From NCBI GenBank assembly GCA_032718475.1, contig JAUCBJ010007911.1, positions 16,422-80,421 of the forward strand: 64,000 nt of DNA. Direction: 5' to 3'. Of the stretch, positions 41,701 to 56,700 are shown piece by piece. The notes under the pieces are model-generated. The model ran no database searches. It had not been told where the DNA came from and was given only the letters and a program-made list of their open reading frames with translations. The stretch comes from Nemertoderma westbladi (taxonomy: Eukaryota; Animalia; Xenacoelomorpha). The position numbers and the translations under genes were made by a program. The first letter of the stretch is position 1, and each line of letters starts with the position of its first letter.

Positions 41701-44700
41701 GTGTAGATTATCGAGCTCAGTACGTCTGTGTGTAGATTATCGAGCTCAGTACGTCTGTGTGTAGATTATCGAGCTCAGTACGTCTGTGTGTAGATTATCG
41801 AGCTCATCACGTCTGTGTGTAGAATATCGAGCTCATAACGTTTGTGTGTAGATTATCGAGCTCAGTACGTCTGTGTGTAGATTATCGAGCTCAGTACGTC
41901 TGTGTGTAGATTATTGAGCTCATAACGTCTGTGTGTAGATTATCGCGCTCAGTACGTCTGTGTGTAGATTATCGAGCTCAGTACGTCTGGGTGTAGATTA
42001 TCAAGCTCAGTACGTTTGTGTGTAGATTATCGAGCTCAGTACGTCTGTGTGTAGATTATCGAGCTCAGTACGTCTGTGTGTAGATTATCGCGCTCAGTAC
42101 GTCTGTGTGTAGATTATCGAGCTCAGTACGTCTGTGTGTAGATTATCGAGCTCATAACGTTTGTGTGTAGATTATCGAGCTCAGTACGTCTGTGTGTAGA
42201 TTATCGAGCTCAGTACGTCTGTGTGTAGATTATTGAGCTCATAACGTTTGTGTGTAGATTATCGCGCTCAGTACGTCTGTGTGTAGATTATCGCGCTCAT
42301 TACGTCTGTGTGTGTAGATTATCGAGCTCAGTACGTCTGTGAGTAGATTATCGCGCTCAGTACGTCTGTGTGTAGATTATCGAGCTCAGTACGTCTGGGT
42401 GTAGATTATCAAGCTCAGTACGTTTGTGTGTAGATTATCGAGCTCAGTACGTCTGTGTGTAGATTATCGAGCTCAGTACGTCTGTGTGTAGATTATTGAG
42501 CTCATAACGTTTGTGTGTAGATTATCGCGCTCAGTACGTCTGTGTGTAGATTATCGCGCTCAGTACGTCTGTGTGTAGATTATCGAGCTCATAACGTTTG
42601 TGTGTAGATTATCGAGCTCAGTACGTCTGTGTGTAGATTATCGAGCTCGGTACGTCTGTGTGTAGATTATTGAGCTCATAACGTTTGTGTGTAGATTATC
42701 GCGCTCAGTACGTCTGTGTGTAGATTATCGAGCTCAGTACGTCTGTGTGTAGATTATCGAGCTCAGTACGTCTGTGTGTGTGTAGATTATCGAGCTGAGT
42801 ACGTCTGTGTGTAGATTATCGAGCCCAGTACGTCTGTGTGTAGATTATCGAGCTCAGTACGTCTGTGTGTAGATTATCGAGCTGAGTACGTCTGTGTGTA
42901 GATTATCGAGCTCATTACGTCTGTGTGTAGAATATCGAGCTCATTACGTCTGTGTGTAGAATATCGAGCTCAGTACGTCTGTGTGTAGATTATCGAACTC
43001 AGTACGTCTGTGTGTAGATTATCGAGCTCAGTACGTCTGTGTGTAGATTATCGAGCTCAGTACGTCTGTGTGTAGAATTTCGAGCTCATTACGTCAGTGT
43101 GTAGATTATCGAGCTCAGTACGACTGTGTGTAGATTATCGAACTCAGTACGTCTGTGTGTAGATTATCGAGCTCAGTACGTCTGTGTGTAGATTATCGAG
43201 CTTAGTACGTCTGTGTGTAGATTATCGAGCTCAGTACGTCTGTGTGTAGATTATCGAGCTCAGTACGTCTGTGTGTAGATTATCGAGCTCATTACGTCTG
43301 TGTGTAGATTATCGAGCTCAGTACGTCTGTGTGTAGATTATCGAGCTCATTACGTCTGTGTGTAGATTATCGAGCTCAGTACGACTGTGTGTAGATTATC
43401 GAGCTCAGTACGTCTGTGTGTAGATTATCGAGCTCAGTACGTCTGTGTGTAGATTATCGAGCTCAGTACGTCTGTGTGTGTAGATTATCGAGCTCAGTAC
43501 GTCTGTGTGTAGATTATCGAGCTCATTACGTCTGTGTGTAGATTATCGAGCTCAGTACGACTGTGTGTAGATTATCGAGCTAAGTACGTCTGTGTGTAGA
43601 TTATCGAGCTCAGTATGTCTGTGTGTAGATTATCGAGCTCATTACGTCTGTGTGTAGTTTTTCGCGCTCATTACGTCTGTGTGTAGATTATCGCGCTCAG
43701 TACGTCTGTGTGTAGATTATCGAGCTCAGTACGTCTGGGTGTAGATTATCAAGCTCAGTACGTTTGTGTGTAGATTATCGAGCTCAGTACGTCTGTGTGT
43801 AGATTATCGAGCTCAGTACGTCTGTGTGTAGATTATTGAGCTCATAACGTTTGTGTGTAGATTATCGCGCTCAGTACGTCTGTGTGTAGATTATCGCGCT
43901 CAGTACGTCTGTGTGTAGATTATCGAGCTCATAACGTTTGTGTGTAGATTATCGAGCTCAGTACGTCTGTGTGTAGATTATCGAGCTCGGTACGTCTGTG
44001 TGTAGATTATTGAGCTCATAACGTTTGTGTGTAGATTATCGCGCTCAGTACGTCTGTGTGTAGATTATCGAGCTCAGTACGTCTGTGTGTAGATTATCGA
44101 GCTCAGTACGTCTGTGTGTGTGTAGATTATCGAGCTGAGTACGTCTGTGTGTAGATTATCGAGCCCAGTACGTCTGTGTGTAGATTATCGCGCTCAGTAC
44201 GTCTGTGTGTAGATTATCGCGCTCAGTACGTCTGTGTGTAGATTATCGAGCTCATAACGTTTGTGTGTAGATTATCGAGCTCAGTACGTCTGTGTGTAGA
44301 TTATCGAGCTCGGTACGTCTGTGTGTAGATTATTGAGCTCATAACGTTTGTGTGTAGATTATCGCGCTCAGTACGTCTGTGTGTAGATTATCGAGCTCAG
44401 TACGTCTGTGTGTAGATTATCGAGCTCAGTACGTCTGTGTGTGTGTAGATTATCGAGCTGAGTACGTCTGTGTGTAGATTATCGAGCCCAGTACGTCTGT
44501 GTGTAGATTATCGAGCTCAGTACGTCTGTGTGTAGATTATCGAGCTGAGTACGTCTGTGTGTAGATTATCGAGCTCATTACGTCTGTGTGTAGAATATCG
44601 AGCTCATTACGTCTGTGTGTAGAATATCGAGCTCAGTACGTCTGTGTGTAGATTATCGAACTCAGTACGTCTGTGTGTAGATTATCGAGCTCAGTACGTC

Positions 44701-47700
44701 TGTGTGTAGATTATCGAGCTCAGTACGTCTGTGTGTAGAATTTCGAGCTCATTACGTCAGTGTGTAGATTATCGAGCTCAGTACGACTGTGTGTAGATTA
44801 TCGAACTCAGTACGTCTGTGTGTAGATTATCGAGCTCAGTACGTCTGTGTGTAGATTATCGAGCTCAGTACGTCTGTGTGTAGATTATCGAGCTCAGTAC
44901 GTCTGTGTGTAGATTATCGAGCTCAGTACGTCTGTGTGTAGATTATCGAGCTCATTACGTCTGTGTGTAGATTATCGAGCTCAGTACGTCTGTGTGTAGA
45001 TTATCGAGCTCATTACGTCTGTGTGTAGATTATCGAGCTCAGTACGACTGTGTGTAGATTATCGAGCTCAGTACGTCTGTGTGTAGATTATCGAGCTCAG
45101 TACGTCTGTGTGTAGATTATCGAGCTCAGTACGTCTGTGTGTGTAGATTATCGAGCTCAGTACGTCTGTGTGTAGATTATCGAGCTCATTACGTCTGTGT
45201 GTAGATTATCGAGCACAGTACGACTGTGTGTAGATTATCGAGCTCAGTACGTCTGTGTGTAGATTATCGAGCTCAGTATGTCTGTGTGTAGATTATCGAG
45301 CTCATTACGTCTGTGTGTAGTTTTTCGCGCTCATTACGTCTGTGTGTAGATTATCGAGCTCAGTACGTCTGTGTGTAGATTATCGAGCTCAGTACGTCTG
45401 TGTGTAGAATATCGAGCTCAGTACGTCTGTGTGTAGTTTTTCTCGCTCATTACGTCTGTGTGTGTAGATTATCGAGCTCAGTACGTCTGTGTGTAGATTA
45501 TCGAGCTCAGTACGTCTGTGTGTAGATTATCGAGCTCATCACGTCTGTATGTAGAATATCGCGCTCAGTACGTCTGTGTGTAGTTTTTCGCGCTCATTAC
45601 GTCTGTGTGTGTAGATTATCGAGCTCAGTACGTCTGTGTGTAGATTATCGAACTCAGTACGTCTGTGTGTAGATTATCGAGCTCAGTACGTCTGTGTGTA
45701 GATTATCGAACTCAGTACGTCTGTGTGTAGATTATCGAGCTCATTACGTATGTGTGTAGATTATCGAGCTCAGTACGTATATGTGTAGATTATCGAGCTC
45801 ATTACGTCTGTGTGTGTAGATTATCGAGCTCATTACGTCTGTGTGTAGATTATCGAGCTCAGTACGTCTGTGTGTAGATTATCGAGCCCAGTACGTCTGT
45901 GTGTAGATTATCGAGCTCAGTACGTCTGTGTGTAGATTATCGAGCTCAGTACGTCTGTGTGTAGATTATCGAGCTCAGTACGTCTGTGTGTAGATTATCG
46001 AGCTCATCACGTCTGTGTGTAGAATATCGAGCTCAGTACGTCTGTGTGTAGTTTTTCGCGCTCATTACGTCTGTGTGTGTAGATTATCGAGCTCAGTACG
46101 TCTGTGTGTAGATTATCGAACTCAGTACGTCTGTGTGTAGATTATCGAGCTCAGTACGTCTGTGTGTAGATTATCGAACTCAGTACGTCTGTGTGTAGAT
46201 TATCGAGCTCATTACGTATGTGTGTAGATTATCGAGCTCAGTACGACTGTGTGTAGATTATCGCGCTCAGTACGTATGTGTGTAGATTATCGAGCTCAGT
46301 ACGTCTGTGTGTAGATTATCGAGCTCAGTACGTCTGTGTGTAGATTATCGAGCTCAGTACGTCTGTGTGTAGATTATCAAGTTCAGTACGTCTGTGTGTA
46401 GATTATCGAGCTCAGTACGTCTGTGTGTAGATTATCGAGCTCATTACGTCTGTGTGTAGATTATCGAGCTCAATACGTCTGTGTGTAGATTATCGAGCTC
46501 ACTACGTCTGTGTGTAGATTATCGAGCTCAGTACGTCTGTGTGTAGATTATCGCGCGCAGTACGTCTGTGTGTAGATTATCGAGCTCAGTACGACTGGGT
46601 GTAGATTATCGAGCTCAGTACGTCTGTGTGTAGATTATCGAGCTTAGTACGTCTGTGTGTGTATATTATTGAGCTCATTACGTCTGTGTGTAGATTATCG
46701 AGCTCAGTACGTCTGTGTGTAGATTATCGAGCTCAGTACGACTGGGTGTAGATTATCGAACTCAGTACGTATGTGTGTAGATTATCGAGCTCAGTACGTC
46801 TGTGTGTAGATTATCGAGCTCAGTACGTCTGTGTGTAGATTATCGAGCTCAGTACGTCTGTGTGTAGATTATCGAGCTCAGTACGTCTGTGTGTAGATTA
46901 TCGAGCTCAGTACGTCTGTGTGTAGATTATCGAGCTCAGTACGTCTGTGTGTAGATTATCGAGCTCATTACGTCTGTGTGTAGATTATCGAGCTCAGTAC
47001 GTCTGTGTGTAGATTATCGAGCTCAGTACGTCTGTGTGTAGATTATCGAGCTCAGTACGTCTGTGACTGTGTGTGTAGATTATCGAGCTCAGTACGTCTG
47101 TGTGTAGATTATCGAGCTCAGTACGTCTGTGTGTAGATTATCGAGCTCAGCACGTCTGTGTGTAGATTATCGAGCTCAGTACGTCTGTGTGTGTAGATTA
47201 TCGAACTCATTACGTCTGTGTGTAGATTATCGAGCTTAGTACGTCTGTGTGTAGATTATCGAGCTCAGTACGTCTGTGTGTAGTTTTTCGCGCTCATTAC
47301 GTCTGTGTGTGTAGATTATCGAGCTCAGTACGTCTGTGTGTAGATTATCGAGCTCAGTACGTCTGTGTGTAGATTATCGCGCTCAGTACGTCTGTGTGTA
47401 GATTATCGAACTCAGTACGTCTGTGTGTAGATTATCGAGCTCATTACGTCTGTGTGTAGATTATCGAGCTCAGTACGTCTGTGTGTAGATTATCGAGCTC
47501 AGTACGTCTGTGTGTAGATTATCGAGCTCAGTACGTCTGTGTGTAGTTTTTCGCGCTCATTACGTCTGTGTGTGTAGATTATTGAGCTCAGTACGTCTGT
47601 GTGTAGATTATCGAGCTCAGTACGTCTGTGTGTAGATTATCGCGCTCAGTACGTCTGTGTGTAGATTATCGAGCTCAGTACGTCTGTGTGTAGATAATCG

Positions 47701-50700
47701 CGCTCAGTACGTCTGTGTGTTGATTATCGAGCTCATTATGTCTGTGTGTAGAATATCGAGCTCAGTACGTCTGTGTGTAGATTATCGAACTCAGTACGTT
47801 GGTGTGTAGATTATCTAGCTCAGTACGTCTGTGTGTAGATTATCGAGGTCAGTACGTCTGTGTGTAGAATATCGAGCTCATTACGTCTGTGTGTAGATTA
47901 TCGAGCTCAGTACGACTGTGTGTAGATTATCGAGCTCAGTACGTCTGTGTGTAGATTATCGAGCTCATTACGTCTGTGTGTAGATTATCGAGCTCAGTAC
48001 GACTGTGTGTAGATTATCGAGCTCAGTACGTCTGTGTGTAGATTATCGAGCTCAGTACGTCTGTGTGTAGATTATCGAGCTCAGTACGTCTGTGTGTGTA
48101 GATTATCGAGCTCAGTACGTCTGTGTGTAGATTATCGAACTCATTACGTCTGTGTGTAGATTATCGAGCTCAGTACGACTGTGTGTAGATTATCGAGCTC
48201 AGTACGTCTGTGTGTAGATTATCGAGCTCAGTACGTCTGTGTGTAGATTATCGAGCTCATTACGTCTGTGTGTAGATTATCGCGCTCAGTACGTCTGTGT
48301 GTAGATTATCGAGCTCAGTACGTCTGTGTGTAGAATATCGAGCTCAGTACGTCTGTGTGTAGAATATCGAGCTCAGTACGTCTGTGTGTAGATTATCGAG
48401 CTCAGTACGTCTGTTTGTAGATTATCGAGCTCAGTACGACTGGGTGTAGATTATCGAACTCAGTACGTATGTGTGTAGATTATCGAGCTCAGTACGTCTG
48501 TGTGTAGATTATCGAGCTCAGTACGTCTGTGTGTAGATTATCGAGCTCAGTACGTCTGTGTGTAGATTATCGAGCTCAGTACGTCTGTTTGTAGATTATC
48601 GAGCTCAGTACGACTGGGTGTAGATTATCGAACTCAGTACGTATGTGTGTAGATTATCGAGCTCAGTACGTCTGTGTGTAGATTATCGAGCTCAGTACGT
48701 CTGTGTGTAGATTATCGAGCTCAGTACGTCTGTGTGTAGATTATCGAACACAGTACGTCTGTGTGTAGATTATCGAGCTCAGTACGTCTGTGTGTAGATT
48801 ATCGAGCTCAGTACGTCTGTGTGTAGATTATCGAGCTCAGTACGTCTGTGTGTAGATTATCAAGCTCAGTACGTCTGTGTGTAGATTATCGAGCTCAGTA
48901 CGTCTGTGTGTAGATTATCGAGCTCATTACGTCTGTGTGTAGATTATCGAGCTCATTACGTCTGTGTGTAGATTATCGAGCTCAGTACGTCTGTGTGTAG
49001 ATTATCGAACTCAGTACGTCTGTGTGTAGATTATCGAGCTCAGTACGTCTGTGTGTAGATTATCGAGCTCAGTACGTCTGTGTGTAGATTATCAAGCTCA
49101 GTACGTCTGTGTGTAGATTATCGAGCTGAGTACGTCTGTGTGTAGATTATCGAGCTGAGTACGTCTGTGTGTAGATTATCAAGCTCAGTACGTCTGTGTG
49201 TAGATTATCGAGCTCAGTACGTCTGTGTGTAGATTATCGAGCTCATTACGTCTGTGTGTAGATTATCGAGCTCATTACGTCTGTGTGTAGATTATCGAGC
49301 TCAGTACGTCTGTGTGTAGATTATCGAACTCAGTACGTCTGTGTGTAGATTATCGAGCTCAGTACGTCTGTGTGTAGATTATCGAGCTCAGTACGTCTGT
49401 GTGTAGATTATCGAACTCAGTACGTCTGTGTGTAGATTATCGAGCTCAGTACGTCTGTGTGTAGATTATCGAGCTCAGTACGACTGGGTGTAGATTATCG
49501 AACTCAGTACGTATGTGTGTAGATTATCGAGCTCAGTACGTCTGTGTGTAGATTATCGAGCTCAGTACGTCTGTGTGTAGATTATCGAGCTCAGTACGTC
49601 TGTGTGTAGATTATCGAGCTCAGTACGTCTGTGTGTAGATTATCGAGCTCAGTACGTTTGTGTGTAGATTATCGAGCTCAGTACGTCTGTGTTTAGATTA
49701 TCGAGCTCATTACGTCTGTGTGTAGATTATCGAGCTCAGTACGTCTGTGTGTAGATTATCGAGCTCAGTACGTCTGTGTGTAGATTATCGAGCTCAGTAC
49801 GTCTGTGTGTGTAGATTATCGAGCTCAGTACGTCTGTGTGTAGATTATCGAGCTCAGTACGTCTGTGTGTAGATTATCGAACTCAGTACGTCTGTGTGTA
49901 GATTATCGAGCTCATTACGTCTGTGTGTAGATTATCGAGCTCAGTACGTCTGTGTGTAGATTATCGAGCTCAGTACGTCTGTGTGTAGATAATCGCGCTC
50001 AGTACGTCTGTGTGTTGATTATCGAGCTCATTATTTCTGTGTGTAGAATATCGAGCTCAGTACGTCTGTGTGTAGATTATCGAGCTCAGTACGTCTGTGT
50101 GTAGATTATCGAGCTCAGTACGTCTGTGTGTAGATTATCGAACTCAGTACGTTGGTGTGTAGATTATCTAGCTCAGTACGTCTGTGTGTAGATTATCGAG
50201 GTCAGTACGTCTGTGTGTAGAATATCGAGGTCAGTACGTCTGTGTGTAGAATATCGAGCTCAGTACGTCTGTGTGTAGATTATCGAGCTCAGTACGTCTG
50301 TGTGTAGATTATCGAACTCAGTACGTTGGTGTGTAGATTATCTAGCTCAGTACGTCTGTGTGTAGATTATCGAGGTCAGTACGTCTGTGTGTAGAATATC
50401 GAGGTCAGTACGTCTGTGTGTAGAATATCGAGCTCAGTACGTCTGTGTGTAGATTATCGAGCTCAGTACGTCTGTGTGTAGATTATCGAGCTCAGTACGT
50501 CTGTGTGTAGATTATCGAGCTCATTACGTCTGTGTGTAGATTATCGAGCTCAGTACGACTGTGTGTAGATTATCGAGCTCAGTACGTCTGTGTGTAGATT
50601 ATCGAGCTCAGTACGTCTGTGTGTAGATTATCGAGCTCAGTACGTCTGTGTGTGTAGATTATCGAGCTCAGTACGTCTGTGTGTAGATTATCGAGCTCAT

Positions 50701-53700
50701 TACGTCTGTGTGTAGATTATCGAGCTCAGTACGACTGTGTGTAGATTATCGAGCTCAGTACGTCTGTGTGTAGATTATCGAGCTCAGTACGTCTGTGTGT
50801 AGATTATCGAGCTCATTACGTCTGTGTGTAGATTATCGCGCTCAGTACGTCTGTGTGTAGATTATCGAGCTCAGTACGTCTGTGTGTAGAATATCGAGCT
50901 CAGTACGTCTGTGTGTAGAATATCGAGCTCAGTACGTCTGTGTGTAGATTATCGAGCTCAGTACGTCTGTGTGTAGATTATCGAGCTCAGTACGACTGGG
51001 TGTAGATTATCGAACTCAGTACGTATGTGTGTAGATTATCGAGCTCAGTACGTCTGTGTGTAGATTATCGAGCTCAGTACGTCTGTGTGTAGATTATCGA
51101 GCTCAGTACGTCTGTGTGTAGATTATCGAACTCAGTACGTCTGTGTGTAGATTATCGAGCTCAGTACGTCTGTGTGTAGATTATCGAACTCAGTACGTCT
51201 GTGTGTAGATTATCGAGCTCATTACGTATGTGTGTAGATTATCGAGCTCATTACGTATGTGTGTAGATTATCGAGCTCAGTACGTCTGTGTGTAGATTAT
51301 CGAGCTCAGTACGACTGTGTGTAGATTATCGCGCTCAGTACGTCTGTGTGTAGATTATCGCGCTCAGTACGTCTGTGTGTAGATTATCGAGCTCAGTACG
51401 TCTGTGTGTAGAATATCGAGCTCAGTACGTCTGTGTGTAGAATATCGAGCTCAGTACGTCTGTGTGTAGATTATCGAGCTCAGTACGTCTGTTTGTAGAT
51501 TATCGAGCTCAGTACGACTGGGTGTAGATTATCGAACTCAGTACGTATGTGTGTAGATTATCGAGCTCAGTACGTCTGTGTGTAGATTATCGAGCTCAGT
51601 ACGTCTGTGTGTAGATTATCGAACTCAGTACGTCTGTGTGTAGATTATCGAGCTCATTACGTATGTGTGTAGATTATCGAGCTCAGTACGACTGTGTGTA
51701 GATTATCGAGCTCAGTACGTCTGTGTGTAGATTATCGAGCTCAGTACGTCTGTGTGTAGATTATCGAGCTCATTACGTCTGTGTGTAGATTATCGCGCTC
51801 AGTACGTCTGTGTGTAGATTATCGAGCTCAGTACGTCTGTGTGTAGAATATCGAGCTCAGTACGTCTGTGTGTAGAATATCGAGCTCAGTACGTCTGTGT
51901 GTAGATTATCGAGCTCAGTACGTCTGTTTGTAGATTATCGAGCTCAGTACGACTGGGTGTAGATTATCGAACTCAGTACGTATGTGTGTAGATTATCGAG
52001 CTCAGTACGTCTGTGTGTAGATTATCGAGCTCAGTACGTCTGTGTGTAGATTATCGAGCTCAGTACGTCTGTGTGTAGATTATCGAGCTCAGTACGTCTG
52101 TTTGTAGATTATCGAGCTCAGTACGACTGGGTGTAGATTATCGAACTCAGTACGTATGTGTGTAGATTATCGAGCTCAGTACGTCTGTGTGTAGATTATC
52201 GAGCTCAGTACGTCTGTGTGTAGATTATCGAGCTCAGTACGTCTGTGTGTAGATTATCGAACACAGTACGTCTGTGTGTAGATTATCGAGCTCAGTACGT
52301 CTGTGTGTAGATTATCGAGCTCAGTACGTCTGTGTGTAGATTATCGAGCTCAGTACGTCTGTGTGTAGATTATCAAGCTCAGTACGTCTGTGTGTAGATT
52401 ATCGAGCTCAGTACGTCTGTGTGTAGATTATCGAGCTCATTACGTCTGTGTGTAGATTATCGAGCTCATTACGTCTGTGTGTAGATTATCGAGCTCAGTA
52501 CGTCTGTGTGTAGATTATCGAACTCAGTACGTCTGTGTGTAGATTATCGAGCTCAGTACGTCTGTGTGTAGATTATCGAGCTCAGTACGTCTGTGTGTAG
52601 ATTATCAAGCTCAGTACGTCTGTGTGTAGATTATCGAGCTGAGTACGTCTGTGTGTAGATTATCGAGCTGAGTACGTCTGTGTGTAGATTATCAAGCTCA
52701 GTACGTCTGTGTGTAGATTATCGAGCTCAGTACGTCTGTGTGTAGATTATCGAGCTCATTACGTCTGTGTGTAGATTATCGAGCTCATTACGTCTGTGTG
52801 TAGATTATCGAGCTCAGTACGTCTGTGTGTAGATTATCGAACTCAGTACGTCTGTGTGTAGATTATCGAGCTCAGTACGTCTGTGTGTAGATTATCGAGC
52901 TCAGTACGTCTGTGTGTAGATTATCGAACTCAGTACGTCTGTGTGTAGATTATCGAGCTCAGTACGTCTGTGTGTAGATTATCGAGCTCAGTACGACTGG
53001 GTGTAGATTATCGAACTCAGTACGTATGTGTGTAGATTATCGAGCTCAGTACGTCTGTGTGTAGATTATCGAGCTCAGTACGTCTGTGTGTAGATTATCG
53101 AGCTCAGTACGTCTGTGTGTAGATTATCGAGCTCAGTACGTCTGTGTGTAGATTATCGAGCTCAGTACGTTTGTGTGTAGATTATCGAGCTCAGTACGTC
53201 TGTGTTTAGATTATCGAGCTCATTACGTCTGTGTGTAGATTATCGAGCTCAGTACGTCTGTGTGTAGATTATCGAGCTCAGTACGTCTGTGTGTAGATTA
53301 TCGAGCTCAGTACGTCTGTGTGTGTAGATTATCGAGCTCAGTACGTCTGTGTGTAGATTATCGAGCTCAGTACGTCTGTGTGTAGATTATCGAACTCAGT
53401 ACGTCTGTGTGTAGATTATCGAGCTCATTACGTCTGTGTGTAGATTATCGAGCTCAGTACGTCTGTGTGTAGATTATCGAGCTCAGTACGTCTGTGTGTA
53501 GATAATCGCGCTCAGTACGTCTGTGTGTTGATTATCGAGCTCATTATTTCTGTGTGTAGAATATCGAGCTCAGTACGTCTGTGTGTAGATTATCGAGCTC
53601 AGTACGTCTGTGTGTAGATTATCGAGCTCAGTACGTCTGTGTGTAGATTATCGAACTCAGTACGTTGGTGTGTAGATTATCTAGCTCAGTACGTCTGTGT

Positions 53701-56700
53701 GTAGATTATCGAGGTCAGTACGTCTGTGTGTAGAATATCGAGGTCAGTACGTCTGTGTGTAGAATATCGAGCTCAGTACGTCTGTGTGTAGATTATCGAG
53801 CTCAGTACGTCTGTGTGTAGATTATCGAACTCAGTACGTTGGTGTGTAGATTATCTAGCTCAGTACGTCTGTGTGTAGATTATCGAGGTCAGTACGTCTG
53901 TGTGTAGAATATCGAGGTCAGTACGTCTGTGTGTAGAATATCGAGCTCAGTACGTCTGTGTGTAGATTATCGAGCTCAGTACGTCTGTGTGTAGATTATC
54001 GAGCTCAGTACGTCTGTGTGTAGATTATCGAGCTCATTACGTCTGTGTGTAGATTATCGAGCTCAGTACGACTGTGTGTAGATTATCGAGCTCAGTACGT
54101 CTGTGTGTAGATTATCGAGCTCAGTACGTCTGTGTGTAGATTATCGAGCTCAGTACGTCTGTGTGTGTAGATTATCGAGCTCAGTACGTCTGTGTGTAGA
54201 TTATCGAGCTCATTACGTCTGTGTGTAGATTATCGAGCTCAGTACGACTGTGTGTAGATTATCGAGCTCAGTACGTCTGTGTGTAGATTATCGAGCTCAG
54301 TACGTCTGTGTGTAGATTATCGAGCTCATTACGTCTGTGTGTAGATTATCGCGCTCAGTACGTCTGTGTGTAGATTATCGAGCTCAGTACGTCTGTGTGT
54401 AGAATATCGAGCTCAGTACGTCTGTGTGTAGAATATCGAGCTCAGTACGTCTGTGTGTAGATTATCGAGCTCAGTACGTCTGTGTGTAGATTATCGAGCT
54501 CAGTACGACTGGGTGTAGATTATCGAACTCAGTACGTATGTGTGTAGATTATCGAGCTCAGTACGTCTGTGTGTAGATTATCGAGCTCAGTACGTCTGTG
54601 TGTAGATTATCGAGCTCAGTACGTCTGTGTGTAGATTATCGAACTCAGTACGTCTGTGTGTAGATTATCGAGCTCAGTACGTCTGTGTGTAGATTATCGA
54701 ACTCAGTACGTCTGTGTGTAGATTATCGAGCTCATTACGTATGTGTGTAGATTATCGAGCTCATTACGTATGTGTGTAGATTATCGAGCTCAGTACGTCT
54801 GTGTGTAGATTATCGAGCTCAGTACGACTGTGTGTAGATTATCGCGCTCAGTACGTCTGTGTGTAGATTATCGAGCTCAGTACGTCTGTGTGTAGATTAT
54901 CGAGCTCAGTACGTCTGTGTGTAGATTATCGAGCTCAGTACGTCTGTGTGTAGATTATCAAGCTCAGTACGTCTGTGTGTAGATTATCGAGCTCAGTACG
55001 TCTGTGTGTAGATTATCGAACTCAGTACGTCTGTGTGTGTAGATTATCGAGCTCAGTACGTCTGTGTGTAGATTATCGAGCTCATTACGTCTGTGTGTAG
55101 ATTATCGAGCTCATTACGTCTGTGTGTAGATTATCGAGCTCAGTACGTCTGTGTGTAGATTATCGAACTCAGTACGTCTGTGTGTAGATTATCGAGCTCA
55201 GTACGTCTGTGTGTAGATTATCGAGCTCAGTACGTCTGTGTGTAGATTATCAAGCTCAGTACGTCTGTGTGTAGATTAACGAGCTGAGTACGTCTGTGTG
55301 TAGATTATCGAGCTGAGTACGTCTGTGTGTAGATTATCAAGCTCAGTACGTCTGTGTGTAGATTATCGAGCTCAGTACGTCTGTGTGTAGATTATCGAGC
55401 TCATTACGTCTGTGTGTAGATTATCGAGCTCATTACGTCTGTGTGTAGATTATCGAGCTCAGTACGTCTGTGTGTAGATTATCGAACTCAGTACGTCTGT
55501 GTGTAGATTATCGAGCTCAGTACGTCTGTGTGTAGATTATCGAACTCAGTACGTCTGTGTGTAGATTATCGAGCTCAGTACGTCTGTGTGTAGATTATCA
55601 AGCTCAGTACGTCTGTGTGTAGATTATCGAGCTCATTACTTCTGTGTGTGTAGATTATCGAGCTCATTACGTCTGTGTGTAGATTATCGAGCTTAGTACG
55701 TCTGTGTGTAGATTATCGAGCTCAGTACGTCTGTGTGTAGATTATCGAACTCAGTACGTCTGTGTGTAGATTATCGAGCTCAGTACGTCTGTGTGTAGAT
55801 TATCGAGCTCATTACGTCTGTGTGTGTAGATTATCGATCTCATTACGTCTGTGTGTAGATTATCGAGCTCATTACGTCTGTGTGTAGATTATCGAGCTCA
55901 GTACGTCTGTGTGTAGTTTTTCGCGCTCATTACGTCTGTGTGTGTAGATTATCGAGCTCAGTACGTCTGTGTGTAGATTATCGAACTCAGTACGTCTGTG
56001 TGTAGATTATCGAGCTCAGTACGTCTGTGTGTAGATTATCGAACTCAGTACGTCTGTGTGTAGATTATCGAGCTCATTACGTATGTGTGTAGATTATCGA
56101 GCTCAGTACGTCTGTGTGTAGTTTTTCGCGCTCATTACGTCTGTGTGTGTAGATTATCGAGCTCAGTACGTCTGTGTGTAGATTATCGAACTCAGTACGT
56201 CTGTGTGTAGTTTTTCGCGCTCATTACGTCTGTGTGTGTAGATTATCGAGCTCAGTACGTCTGTGTGTAGATTATCGAACTCAGTACGTCTGTGTGTAGA
56301 TTATCGAGCTCAGTACGTCTGTGTGTAGATTATCGAACTCAGTACGTCTGTGTGTAGATTATCGAGCTCATTACGTATGTGTGTAGATTATCGAGCTCAG
56401 TACGTCTGTGTGTAGTTTTTCGCGCTCATTACGTCTGTGTGTGTAGATTATCGAGCTCAGTACGTCTGTGTGTAGATTATCGAACTCAGTACGTCTGTGT
56501 GTAGTTTTTCGCGCTCATTACGTCTGTGTGTGTAGATTATCGAACTCAGTACGTCTGTGTGTAGATTATCGAGCTCAGTACGTCTGTGTGTAGATTTTCG
56601 CGCTCATTACGTCTGTGTGTGTAGATTATCGAGCTCAGTACGTCTGTGTGTAGATTATCGAGCTCAGTACGTCTGTGTGTAGATTATCGAGCTCATCGCG

